NCBI GenBank assembly: GCA_963816145.1
Contig: CAWFJP010000029.1
Coordinates: 288,001-352,000, forward strand
Direction: 5' to 3'
Length of the DNA: 64,000 bases
Source: an uncultured delta proteobacterium
GTDB taxonomy: Bacteria > Desulfobacterota > Binatia > UBA9968
Shown here in pieces: positions 51,242-60,845 of this stretch. The position numbers and the translations under genes were made by a program. The notes under the pieces are model-generated. The model did not search any database. It was not told the DNA's origin and saw nothing but the letters and a program-made list of their open reading frames with translations. Every line of letters starts with the position of its first letter. Position 1 is the stretch's first letter.

Positions 51242-51480
51242 AAGTTCCTCCTTGCTTATATGACTATTTCTTAAAACTTACAGGGCGGTTATACCTTGCC
51301 AAAGTCCTACCGTCCAGGAATCGGATGTTTCTCCCGCAAAGGCGCGAAGCTCGCAAAGTTCGGAGATTTATGGCGAAGAAGTTCTTTAAGAAAGTTCATT
51401 GGTCCAGTGTGAGCTTAGCGTCTTTGCGCCTTTGCGGGAGAAATTCCGAATCTCCCTTGCCGTTTCGCTACACCTGATGA

Positions 51481-52038
51481 TTAACGCTTGCTTTGGCGAA
51501 ATTTCTCCCACGCGGCGATGCCGGCTTTGACCGCGCGCACGTCGCCGTCGCCGCGGTGCCCGGCGCTGCCGACGGCGCCGACGATGATATCGTCGACGAT
51601 CAGCGGAAAGCCGCCGGGGATTAAGATAATCTGTCCTTCCATCAGGCTCAGCGCGCTATGAAATCGTTGCGGATTGGTTTTGATCTGATCACCGGATTCG
51701 GCGGTGGACTGCTGTAAGGTGGCGGCGCCCACCGCTTTGCCGATGGCGAACCTTACCCAAAAGCCCGAAGTGCCGTCCATGGCGTCGAGCGAAACCAAAT
51801 TGCCGTTGAAGTCGACGACAGCGATGGCGGCGCGGCCGTTTTCCGCTTTGACCAGGGCTTTCGCCGCTTCGACGATGACGCGCGCTTCTTCCAGCGGCAG
51901 AGCGGTGGGCACGCGAATGAGCGGGCGCGCGGCACGATCGTTCGGCGCCGGCGCCGGTTTATCTTGTGCTTGCACAGACACCGAGGAGGCGGCGATGAGC
52001 GCGAACAAAAGAGTGGCAGAGAGTATTCCTGGTTTCAT
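51481..52038 (-). CDS. GlcG/HbpS family heme-binding protein, exported
   Basis: AIAVVD..GNL, AIGKA, PGGFPL..GAVGSAG; signal peptide. Confidence 0.85.
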   Translation of the reverse strand: MKPGILSATLLFALIAASSVSVQAQDKPAPAPNDRAARPLIRVPTALPLEEARVIVEAAKALVKAENGRAAIAVVDFNGNLVSLDAMDGTSGFWVRFAIGKAVGAATLQQSTAESGDQIKTNPQRFHSALSLMEGQIILIPGGFPLIVDDIIVGAVGSAGHRGDGDVRAVKAGIAAWEKFRQSKR

Positions 52039-52057
52039 AACAATTTTCCTCCTCTGA

Positions 52058-53605
52058 TTACTTCTTGGCCTGTGCCGCGGCGCGGGCGGCTTGCATCGAT
52101 GCGCTGTCGCCGTGGATGCCGACAATAGTGCTCACATCCAAGTTCAGTCTGTCCAGTCCAGCGACAAACTCCTTTACCGCCGGCGCCGGTCTCACTTGGC
52201 CATTGCGCGGGCTGATTTGGTCGGCCTCGATAACGATCTTTTCAGTCGGCAGGTAGACCACAACCAAGTCTTCGGCGTGCGACAAGGGCAGAGGATACAC
52301 TTCGACGCGCCGCTGGCCGTCGGTCAAGATGCGCGGGCCGCCGCCGAAGGCTTCGATGACAACTGCAGTCGGCTGCTTCGCCAAGCTGTCCGGTTTGCGC
52401 GTATGCGGCGCTTTGGCGACCCGACTGTAGAACTCGTTGGCCGAGAACGGGACGACGAGGGTCGCGCCGGTGGCCATGAAGGCACGAATGCCGCCGGCAT
52501 GGTCGAGGTGATGGTGGGTCGGAATCGCATAGCGCATCGGTTTGTTGGGGAATTTTTCTTTGATCGCTTGCACAACCGGCGCGGTGCGCGCGTCGTAGAG
52601 CGGCCCTTCGACCACCACGAGATGGTCGCGCATCTCGACGACGATGGTGGCGTGGCCGACGCCTTGGATCTTGTGCACGCCGTCGGCCAAGCGATGCCAT
52701 TCAACCGACGGCGGCCGGCCGAAGTCCAGGTAGCTGACGTTGCCGGCAACCCGGCGTAGAATCCATTGCGAGGCGATCGGTGTGGCATCAGTCTTTTGGT
52801 TGCGTACGGCTTCGGGGATGGCGAAGGGGTCGGCGACAAAAGTGACGTTGTGCTGCACGGACTTGACCTGTTCTTCCTGGAGCAGTTTACCGTTGAGCTC
52901 ATAACGGAAGCTGAAGGGCATCATCACAGCGCCCACTTTGCGCCAGTCGCCATAGCGCAGCAGGTAGCTGCTGTCGCCTTCGAGAGGATCGTCTTCGAGG
53001 ATCTCGACTTGGGTCGGCAGATGGGTTTTGGCGTCGAAATAGATCTGGAACTCATCGCCATTGTCTATGAAGCTGATGACGTGCAGGGGTTGTCCGTCGA
53101 CGTCAGCGTCGGCCAGGCGGCGCAAAGTTTTCTGCGCTGCCGCGGCGGTTAACAAGAGTTTCGCCGGCGCGCGCCGTTCCTCGCGCAGGCGTGTGGCCAT
53201 GCGGCCGGGGTGCAGGCGGCTGGTCTTGGCTGTGTTCGCTTCGCCTTCTCGCAAGAGACCGACGTTGCCGTCGATCACTTCCAAATAACGGATCGCTTCA
53301 TTACGTGCCGAGCTGCGGCCGTCCCATTCGAGGCGCACGCGCGGTTGGGTTAAGTCGCGCGTCAACGCATAGCGGAAAGTGCAAATCTGCCGGGTCGGGC
53401 CGAGCGGCTGAGGCGTCGATGACGAATCGTATTGCTTGCCCTCGCTCTCGACCATTTCGTTTCTGAGCGCACGTAAAGCATTCATGCCGCCCATCGCTTT
53501 GGCGGCTTGGTCGACCACTGCCAGGGCCGACTGAGCCCGTACAGCTACGGGTGCGACCAGCAGTGCCGTGAGCAGCCCGCCGACGGTCGATAATTTCCGA
53601 ATCAT
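52058..53605 (-). CDS. Exported MBL-fold metallo-hydrolase
   Basis: THHHLDHAGG, SHAED, EAD, GIHG; signal peptide. Confidence 0.85.
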   Translation of the reverse strand: MIRKLSTVGGLLTALLVAPVAVRAQSALAVVDQAAKAMGGMNALRALRNEMVESEGKQYDSSSTPQPLGPTRQICTFRYALTRDLTQPRVRLEWDGRSSARNEAIRYLEVIDGNVGLLREGEANTAKTSRLHPGRMATRLREERRAPAKLLLTAAAAQKTLRRLADADVDGQPLHVISFIDNGDEFQIYFDAKTHLPTQVEILEDDPLEGDSSYLLRYGDWRKVGAVMMPFSFRYELNGKLLQEEQVKSVQHNVTFVADPFAIPEAVRNQKTDATPIASQWILRRVAGNVSYLDFGRPPSVEWHRLADGVHKIQGVGHATIVVEMRDHLVVVEGPLYDARTAPVVQAIKEKFPNKPMRYAIPTHHHLDHAGGIRAFMATGATLVVPFSANEFYSRVAKAPHTRKPDSLAKQPTAVVIEAFGGGPRILTDGQRRVEVYPLPLSHAEDLVVVYLPTEKIVIEADQISPRNGQVRPAPAVKEFVAGLDRLNLDVSTIVGIHGDSASMQAARAAAQAKK

Positions 53606-53614
53606 TGTCGTCTC

Positions 53615-54514
53615 CTAGCGCAGCTTGTTGAATTTCTGCTCTGACACTTCGCCAGGGCTCAAGTCGGTGCGGAAATCGTACAGCGAGTTTTCCCAAGAGC
53701 CGTACATCGGATTGGGCAGCATGAACCACTTGGTGCCCCATTCGCTACGCTCGAGCGCTGCGCGCATACGCGCTTCAGGCGTGGCACGATACCCCGAAAT
53801 AAAGTCGGAAAGGTCGTCCCCAACGAGCATGAGCACGCGGTAAGACTGGGCGATGAATTGGCGCCGGCTCTCTTTGTCTCTGCTCCAGCCCGCTCGTTCG
53901 CCCCGGCACAGCACGGTGTCGACTCCTTTGGACAAGGCAACGCCGATGGCGGCGAGATTGCGCCGCGTGGTTTCTTCGGTGGGATGATCACGATTGGTAA
54001 TGAAGAACACCGTGACGCCGCGCGCTTGCGCCGCCGCGATAAACTCCACGGCGCCGGGTACGGCGGCGGGTTGATTGCGCTCTTGCCACTCGCGCCAGGG
54101 CCGGCTGGAAAAGCGCGCATGGCTACGCGCCATCTTACTTTGGAAAGCGCCGGTGTCGATCACGGTTTCATCGATATCCATGATGATGGCGGGCGGCAAG
54201 TCGCGAAAGTTTTCTTTTTGCGTCGGAAGGGCGCTCCAATGAGTATCGGCGAGTGCCCGTTCCAAGTGCGTCTGAGCTGACGCGTAGATGGATTGGACGA
54301 GCACGCGATATTCGGCTGAGGTGGTCTGCCAGAGGATGGCGTCCAGACGATTGTCGGCTCGGGCTGGCGCATCGGTCTGCCGGGAGTTGGGTGGCGTAAC
54401 TGTGCACCCTAAGACGGTGCTCAGGATCAGGAACAGAGATAATACATGCGCTGCGGTGCATTGCTGATTTGCCCAAGGTGAAAGGTTTCTAGATCGTGAG
54501 GTTGATGGGTCCAT
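53615..54514 (-). CDS. 5'-nucleotidase lipoprotein e(P4) family HAD acid phosphatase
   Basis: Lipobox VLGC, MDIDETV, FITNR, VGDDLSDF, LPNPMYGSWE. Confidence 0.9.
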   Translation of the reverse strand: MDPSTSRSRNLSPWANQQCTAAHVLSLFLILSTVLGCTVTPPNSRQTDAPARADNRLDAILWQTTSAEYRVLVQSIYASAQTHLERALADTHWSALPTQKENFRDLPPAIIMDIDETVIDTGAFQSKMARSHARFSSRPWREWQERNQPAAVPGAVEFIAAAQARGVTVFFITNRDHPTEETTRRNLAAIGVALSKGVDTVLCRGERAGWSRDKESRRQFIAQSYRVLMLVGDDLSDFISGYRATPEARMRAALERSEWGTKWFMLPNPMYGSWENSLYDFRTDLSPGEVSEQKFNKLR

Positions 54515-54528
54515 GACCAGTGAACTTT

Positions 54529-55599
54529 CTATTGGGACGCAGAGCGCCGTTCAATTTCAGGAATGACTTCCTGGCAGATCAGATCGATGGCTTCGTCCCA
54601 GTTGGGCCCCAACGGCGAGGCCATATCGATGATGTCGAAACCATAGGGTTTGGCAGCGCGCAGCATTTCGTCGACGCCGTCGACGCACTCGGCCGGTGTG
54701 CCGGCGATGACGGTGCCGACTTGGGCTAGCAGATCATCGTCGATCAAATCGATCATCTCGTCCACGGTCTTGCCCGAACCATGCGCTGCCGCGACCGATC
54801 TGGCGGTCGCTTCGGGCATGGGTAATTTCAGCAGACGCTGTTTGAGTAGATGCCCCTGGATGAGCGCGCCGGCGCCCATGCGCTTGGCAAAGCGTTTGGC
54901 CGCGGCGCCGTCACGAGACACTGAAATATGCAGATGTAAAACCTTGGTAAATTTACCGCCGTCGTTGCGGGCACGGCGGGCCTTTTCCAATTCTGCCATC
55001 GCCAGGTCGATCGCCCCTTGACGCACCAGCGCGCTCGGAAAAGACAGGTTGCTGACGATCAAGCCATCGCCGATGTCCCAAGCCATCTTGAGCATCTGCG
55101 GCCCGGCGGCGGCGACGAAGATCTCCGGTACTCGGGCCGGGGGAAGGCGGAGAAACGCTTCGGCGTTGGGATCGAGGTGGAAGAATTCAGTGAGGCTGGC
55201 AAATGTGCCGAGCGTAACCGTTTGCCCCGCGAACATTTCCCGTAAAAACAAAATGGTTTCCCGCACCATGGCGACGCGCTTGGTCTTGCGGATCATATTG
55301 GACGACGGTGAACCGGCGCCGATGCCGACGGTGATGCCGCGGTCGCCGGCGAGGTGTGCCAGAGACGCGAAGCTCGATGCCAAATCGACCGGAGTGCGAG
55401 CCCAAGGATGAGTTACCGATGTGCCGACATGGGCGCCGGTACGGCTGATGATTGCGGCCAAGATGACAAAAACATTTTCGTAGGTCAGATGATCCGGCAC
55501 CCAGACTTTGTCGAAAGCGTATTGCTCCAGTGCCTTCTTGGCGTAGGCCGCCATCTCCGGAGCGGTGCAAGGTGGATAGAGTTGGATGCCGAAGCGCAT
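54529..55599 (-). CDS. LLM class (Mer-like, possibly F420-dependent) oxidoreductase
   Basis: MRFGI, FDKVWVPDH, GTSVTHPWARTP, GIGAG, AAAGPQML, GDG. Confidence 0.85.
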   Translation of the reverse strand: MRFGIQLYPPCTAPEMAAYAKKALEQYAFDKVWVPDHLTYENVFVILAAIISRTGAHVGTSVTHPWARTPVDLASSFASLAHLAGDRGITVGIGAGSPSSNMIRKTKRVAMVRETILFLREMFAGQTVTLGTFASLTEFFHLDPNAEAFLRLPPARVPEIFVAAAGPQMLKMAWDIGDGLIVSNLSFPSALVRQGAIDLAMAELEKARRARNDGGKFTKVLHLHISVSRDGAAAKRFAKRMGAGALIQGHLLKQRLLKLPMPEATARSVAAAHGSGKTVDEMIDLIDDDLLAQVGTVIAGTPAECVDGVDEMLRAAKPYGFDIIDMASPLGPNWDEAIDLICQEVIPEIERRSASQ

Positions 55600-56011
55600 G
55601 ACGTTACGGGCCAGCCTGGGTAGTTTACTGTGTAACATAAATTCACGGCTGGGTACTAATAGCTTTTACAAACGGCAACTTCTGGCCGGTGGGCGAAACA
55701 AACGCCGACGGCAGCGCCGCCACCTCGGCTCAATACCTCATATCGCTACCGGCACTGCCATGGTTCTGACACCGTCAGGATATCGTCTTAAAAGCACGGT
55801 CCTAAGCGCAGCTTGAATGCGAATGCTAGTAGCACTTAAAAGCTCAATCATATAATGGGCGATAATACAGGTAGATTTGTTACAAACCTAAAGTGTCGAT
55901 TGCAATTATTGGATTCGCTAGCTCCGGCAGATTTGTAAGCTGTGATGCGATTGGCGCAGGGGCATGTGGTCGGGAGACATCGTCGAGGCTTTTTGCCGTC
56001 CTCTCGGAGTG

Positions 56012-56137
56012 TTGTCAATTTTGTCAAGCATTGACAACCAACTTGGCTTAAATGTCAGTACAGTCACTCAGCGTTACCTAGAACATCCAATTGCTAAACG
56101 TTTCCCAAGTCAGCTATGACGGCAAGTCAGTGATGAC
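56012..56137. promoter_or_regulatory. Candidate enhancer (bEBP) sites, GTCA-Nx-TGAC
   Basis: Perfect TTGTCAA-GCA-TTGACAA (56021-56037), plus GTCAGCTATGAC (56109) and GTCAGTGATGAC (56126). Confidence 0.5.
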
Positions 56138-56259
56138 ATGAATAACGGGCATCCTTGTGTCATTTCTAGCAATTTACAATTGGGAATTTCAGATGATTCC
56201 TGGTGAAAGATTTTACCGAATAGGGACAGGGGGGGTCTTCATATGGGTCTCGATCCCTG

Positions 56260-56275
56260 TGGCATGCTTTCTGCT
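56260..56275 (+). promoter_or_regulatory. Sigma54 -24/-12 promoter
   Basis: TGGCATG-CTTT-CTGCT (GG-N10-GC); predicted start near 56286, just before the riboswitch. Confidence 0.75.
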
Positions 56276-56289
56276 CGAATCCCCTTACA

Positions 56290-56363
56290 AGTTGACGCTG
56301 TGATCTGAAATCCCCAACGTGGTCACCATGGGGCTCAGGGAGCGAGTGGTGAAACCGGCAACT
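56290..56363 (+). ncRNA. c-di-GMP-II riboswitch aptamer
   Basis: AGTTG/CAACT closing stem, CGCT/AGCG, TGA/GA kink-turn, TCTGA..CCCC/GGGG..TCAGG stem, loop GGTCACC pseudoknotting with GGTG-AA-ACC. Confidence 0.82.
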
Positions 56364-56384
56364 CATAGTTGCCGGTTTTTTTTT
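56353..56384 (+). terminator. Riboswitch expression-platform terminator
   Basis: AACCGGCAACT-CAT-AGTTGCCGGTT plus T9; the 5' arm is the 3' end of the aptamer. Confidence 0.88.
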
Positions 56385-56422
56385 GTTCGGTTTCAGAAAT
56401 TCTCGAAGGGAGGGTCGAACCG

Positions 56423-56878
56423 ATGTCGTACCACTTGAAGGAAAACAAAGGCCAGAGCGCAGTGGAGTTCACCTTAGGGTTTTTGCTTCTTTATACCGTG
56501 ATCATGGCTGTCGTCGAGTTCTCGCACATGTTTTATACCAAGACGGCTCTACAGCACGCGATAGCTGAAGCGGGCCGTTATATGATCACAGGCCAAGGAA
56601 TCGACCTTACAGGAACCAATCCCAACGCTCGTTTGCAGAAAGTCCAAGAAAAATTCTGCAACAATCTGATCGCTACGGGTCTTCCCTGCGCAAATGTTTC
56701 CTCGCATCTTACGTTGACCTGCGTCGGTGGCTGCACACAACCGGCCGGCGGTCCAGGTCAGACCGTAACTCTCACTGCGACGTATTCGAGATCGTGGTTT
56801 ACCGGGATGTTCAATCATCTATTGCCCAGCATCACTCTTGCCGCGAACACGACTTGGAAAAACGAAATCTATATGTAA
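56423..56878 (+). CDS. tadE: TadE-like pseudopilin
   Basis: KG/QSAVEF prepilin motif, hydrophobic helix, AEAGR; GGAGG RBS. Confidence 0.85.
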   Translation: MSYHLKENKGQSAVEFTLGFLLLYTVIMAVVEFSHMFYTKTALQHAIAEAGRYMITGQGIDLTGTNPNARLQKVQEKFCNNLIATGLPCANVSSHLTLTCVGGCTQPAGGPGQTVTLTATYSRSWFTGMFNHLLPSITLAANTTWKNEIYM

Positions 56879-56896
56879 CTGGCACAGGAGTTCATT

Positions 56897-57559
56897 ATGA
56901 GATTCATACGCAAATACCTGAGTACAAAAAAAGGTCAAAGCCTGGTCGAGATGACGTTTGGTATCCCGATGTTGATTGGTCTGGGGTTCGGGGTTATCGA
57001 GATTGGCAACATGATTAACTCCTATCTGGTGTTAACCCATTTGACCCGTGAAGCCACTAACATTCTAGCCCGTCAGCCCGGAGTTAAAGGCTCGACGCAA
57101 TGGGCGACAAGTGTCAACACGGATTTGAATGCGGTCATCAGCAAGGCAAGCCCGGTCATTAACCCAACTGCCAGCGGCGCTAGAGGGCCGAATCAGTATA
57201 AAATCTACTACTCGATGATCGAGTGGAATACCGCCCCGGGAGCTTGCGATGGTGGACCAATGGCGAATGGCCAGCCGGACAATTACCGGATTCGTCGCAG
57301 CAATACAGGTTGGACCGGCAATGTCACCTGGCAATATGGTTCATTGAGCCGGAATAGCAACTTGGGCAACGATGGAGAGTGTGCCTACCTGCTTTTGCCT
57401 GAGGTCAAGAACCTATCTGCACAGGGGCTTGTTCTCCATGTCATAGAAGTTTTCTATGATTATGCCCCAAGTAAGTTAACTCCGGTGGAAGGCTTCATCG
57501 GTGCTCTCGCGCCCGGAATATTTTATCGCAAAACGGTTTTTATGGATGTTGTCGGGTAA
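56897..57559 (+). CDS. TadE/TadF-like pseudopilin
   Basis: KG/QSLVEM motif, TM helix, REA; AGGAG RBS. Confidence 0.82.
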   Translation: MRFIRKYLSTKKGQSLVEMTFGIPMLIGLGFGVIEIGNMINSYLVLTHLTREATNILARQPGVKGSTQWATSVNTDLNAVISKASPVINPTASGARGPNQYKIYYSMIEWNTAPGACDGGPMANGQPDNYRIRRSNTGWTGNVTWQYGSLSRNSNLGNDGECAYLLLPEVKNLSAQGLVLHVIEVFYDYAPSKLTPVEGFIGALAPGIFYRKTVFMDVVG

Positions 57560-57573
57560 CCACGCGAATTGAG

Positions 57574-58821
57574 ATGACTCGTACCTATGACAAGGAACAG
57601 ATTATGAAGCGCAAAAACGAAAAGGGTCAAGCACTTGTTTTTATCTTGTTATTGTTTGCTGTGTTGCTTTTTCTGGTTGGCTTAGCCAGCGACGGCGGCC
57701 GGGCGTATTTGCTTAGAGCCTCCTTGGCTCGAGTCGTCGACGCCGCGACGATTGCAGCGGCGGCCAAGCTCAATTCACAGGGACTCACCGCGGCTCAAAA
57801 CGCTGCGTGCGATTCGGCGAGGATGAACGGTGTCGCTAATTGCGGTATTTTAAATGTCACTCAGGTGACTACTAACGATGCCGCCGGCAACCCAAAGGAA
57901 GGCGTCAAGGTTACCGCAAACGTTTCAACCCCAACGATTTTTGTCGCCGCCGGTAATCTGCTCGGTTGTACCACCTGCAGTATCATTAATGTCTCGGTTA
58001 GCGCGGTGGCAACCACGGGTGGTACAATCGATCTGGTGACGAATCTCGATAACACGGGGTCCATGGCAGGCTCCAAAATAACCAACGCCAAGATCGGTGC
58101 GAATGCTTTAGTTACGGCTTTAATGCCCAGTGGTGGTTCATCCACAGCGCTCGTCAGTGTCGTGCCTTTTCAGGGATGTTATCGGTCGAGTACAACCGGC
58201 GGTTGTGTCGATGAGGATGAAAACCCGATCAACGGCGGCATGATAGTATCGCTGACTAGTGATGCTTCAAGGCTGCATAACGGCATCAATGCTCTAAGCG
58301 CGCCGGGCGGTTCCGGAACAAACGTTTGCACCGGGCTGAAAAAAGCCCGCCAGAAACTGTTTCAAGCCGGTGTGGCTCGGCCTAATAGCTTGAGATTTCT
58401 AATTATTCTCACGGACGCAGAGAACAATTATGACACGAATCTCCCGAGTGGCGGTGTGGACGCGGCCTGTATTCCGTCCGGAAACAATGACAATGCCCGC
58501 AACCTAGACCTCGGAGTAAAAACCAATGCCCTTGCCACGGAAATCAAAGATCCCGGCTCCGACTCCGATGGGCAATCGGTTGGACAACTAGTGAAAGTCT
58601 TCGTGATCATGTACGGTCCCAACGCAACCGGAACCGTTCCGAGCAATTGCAATGCGACTGGCCTAAGCAGCGGCACTGCGACAAGCCAAAGCTATACAAA
58701 AAATCTTGCACGCTGCATCGCTTCCAGTGCCGGTGATGTTTACTTGGCGCCCAATGCTACAGATATTAGCGCCGCCTTTCAGCAAATTATCAGTCGATTG
58801 CCGGTTGTTTTGGTTAACTGA
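57574..58821 (+). CDS. tadG: TadG-like pseudopilin with von Willebrand A domain
   Basis: KG/QALV, TM, DGGRAY, DAATIAAA; MIDAS-like LDNTGSM, GTN, ILTD; several Cys pairs; start may be 57603. Confidence 0.82.
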   Translation: MTRTYDKEQIMKRKNEKGQALVFILLLFAVLLFLVGLASDGGRAYLLRASLARVVDAATIAAAAKLNSQGLTAAQNAACDSARMNGVANCGILNVTQVTTNDAAGNPKEGVKVTANVSTPTIFVAAGNLLGCTTCSIINVSVSAVATTGGTIDLVTNLDNTGSMAGSKITNAKIGANALVTALMPSGGSSTALVSVVPFQGCYRSSTTGGCVDEDENPINGGMIVSLTSDASRLHNGINALSAPGGSGTNVCTGLKKARQKLFQAGVARPNSLRFLIILTDAENNYDTNLPSGGVDAACIPSGNNDNARNLDLGVKTNALATEIKDPGSDSDGQSVGQLVKVFVIMYGPNATGTVPSNCNATGLSSGTATSQSYTKNLARCIASSAGDVYLAPNATDISAAFQQIISRLPVVLVN

Positions 58822-58889
58822 TTCGCTCGTGAAGCCGTTTTCTGGACTTAGCTTTGTTTTGGTCCAATTACGTGACGCTGATCAAACGC

Positions 58890-58927
58890 AAGGAGGGAGT
58901 CGCGCGTAAGCACGACTCCCTCCTTTT
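58890..58927. terminator. Terminator after the tad cassette
   Basis: AAGGAGGGAGTCG / CGACTCCCTCCTT stem followed by a T-run. Confidence 0.8.
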
Positions 58928-58962
58928 ACATGGCAACGCTGGAACAATTGCAATGATCGCGG

Positions 58963-59036
58963 TTAGTACTCGGTCTGACGCGTGCGTTGGATCTGTTGAT
59001 TGTTACGATTGATGGTCTGCTGGTATTGTTGAATCT
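58963..59036 (-). pseudogene. Duplicated 3' end of the glycine-zipper gene at 60846
   Basis: 70 of 74 nt identical to 60846-60919 by manual count; encodes IQQYQQTINRNNQQIQRTRQTEY*. Confidence 0.85.
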
Positions 59037-59622
59037 TCTTTTGGTTACCGATGAGCAGCCGACTTTTATGCGTCGTGATAGCGCGGCGGAATGTGAGGAA
59101 AATCTGCGATAGGTAAATGATCTCGCGCCTGGCGAAACCAAGGGTTCCTACCATGATACCGCGGGTTTCATACAGGATGTGCCCAGCGCAGGTTACGATT
59201 ATGTCACAGCCAAACATTTCTCGCTTACGACGCCAAATTTCTGCTCGCGGGGATGGCGAATGCCAATGACATTCTTAACGTCGGTCACGGGACCGGCGAG
59301 TCCATCGTCGCCGTCTGTAGCCGCAAGTTGCGGACGGACGATAGCGACGTGCCCGATGATCTCGTCGAAGGCTGGCCCTGTCCTTCCGGGCCCTGTACTA
59401 ATGAGAAGCGGCAGAACGGTAAAGTTTTCATACCGCGGATCTCAAGGGTGATGTAAAACAGCAGTTGCAGGTGATTTTCAATGGGATTGCGGCTATCTTA
59501 AAGCTGCGCTTGCCGGTTTGACTGTGAAACTGATTGGTCGTATTTGACGGGCAGGTTGAGTTATCGAGTGTATCCTCCGATCGTACCGGGTAACGTCGGT
59601 TTTTCTTGGATGCGCGGTTGAG

Positions 59623-60519
59623 ATGGAAAACTTAATTCTTGGAATTTTCGCTCTAGGCTGCAGCATCGTGACTTTGCTCGGTTGGTTGTGGCTTAGTGCT
59701 GAGCGGGACTTGACCAAGACCCGAAGTGAAGCAGCAAGGCGCGAGTCGGAAACGCGCAAGTTCGATGAGGAGCTCAATAACCTAAAACAAACGCTTTTGG
59801 ATCACGAAAAGCGTTTATACAAGTCGGTAAATCACGAGCACGACGTGGCCACTCAGCACAACCGGTTGCGCAGCGATATCGCCGAACTCCGTGGTAAGCT
59901 CGATGAAAGCCAAGGTAAGATATTGGAGGTGGTTGAGGCCAAACGAGCCCAGGCAGTTGTCCAGGCAAGGGGTGGCGGAGATACCGCCGAGTTGGTTCGA
60001 CTTGACGATCGTATTGCCGAACTTGAGCAAGAGCTTGCTAAGGATGAGGCCAAGTTGCGCGAGTTGGATCTTGTGTGCGAGAGACTCGCTGAGGGAGAGC
60101 GGATGCGACAAGCGTTGCGCGAGGAAAGTGCCCGCCATCAGGCTCAACTGGAACATTGGCGCGATCGCAGTATCGAAAGCGAGGAAAGCGAAACGAGAGT
60201 GGCGTTAATTCAAGAGCAGTTCGGCGAACTCTTGACGATGCAAGCCACCTTTGCTGAGGCGCAGCGGCGATTTCACGACGCCTTAGTGAAGTTTGATGGT
60301 TTGATGGATACGCCCTCGAAGGCGGTGGTTCAGACCCCAACCTTCGAGGTGTTTAGAGGCAGTGGCGCCCAAGCGCAGCCGATATCCACCGGCAATGCGA
60401 CTGATAGTAGAAACCCGCAGCAGCCGACAACCCAGTCCGACGTGCGCTTGACAGAGGTGCAGCGGCAGAGCGGGTTTATACCCAGGTTGCGCAACCTCAA
60501 GACGCCAAAGGTTGGCTAG
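59623..60519 (+). CDS. Membrane-anchored coiled-coil protein
   Basis: N-terminal TM helix, then E/R/L/Q-rich heptads. Confidence 0.7.
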   Translation: MENLILGIFALGCSIVTLLGWLWLSAERDLTKTRSEAARRESETRKFDEELNNLKQTLLDHEKRLYKSVNHEHDVATQHNRLRSDIAELRGKLDESQGKILEVVEAKRAQAVVQARGGGDTAELVRLDDRIAELEQELAKDEAKLRELDLVCERLAEGERMRQALREESARHQAQLEHWRDRSIESEESETRVALIQEQFGELLTMQATFAEAQRRFHDALVKFDGLMDTPSKAVVQTPTFEVFRGSGAQAQPISTGNATDSRNPQQPTTQSDVRLTEVQRQSGFIPRLRNLKTPKVG

Positions 60520-60775
60520 GCGGAATTGCCCACGATGATCATTATAAGTGTGGTCGGTATCGTTGCAGGTGCTTTTTTTCGATGCTTAGCAATCGCATTA
60601 CCAAGCCGGGAATTCTTGGAGTTGTGCCTTCGGGATTAGAAAGCACTGCAGCCCGTGGGCCAGCCAATGCCAGTATCTCGGCATCGGACAAATCAGCGGC
60701 GGGTGCGAAATCAGAATCGCAACTCATTTTGCTCCCGAGGCTAGGCCTGCCGATTAAAGACGCTGCATGATAAAC

Positions 60776-60814
60776 AAAAAAAGGGAGTCGGCGATTTCGC
60801 CGGACTCCCTTTTT
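60776..60814. terminator. Bidirectional terminator
   Basis: A-run GGGAGTC / GACTCCC T-run. Confidence 0.8.
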
Positions 60815-60845
60815 ATCTGGTGCTGAATCTACTTGCCGAGCAGCC

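Noticed and set aside
33785-51440. Repeats as a CRISPR array
   Set aside because: They are dispersed, palindromic and variable, with no regular repeat-spacer period and no cas genes.
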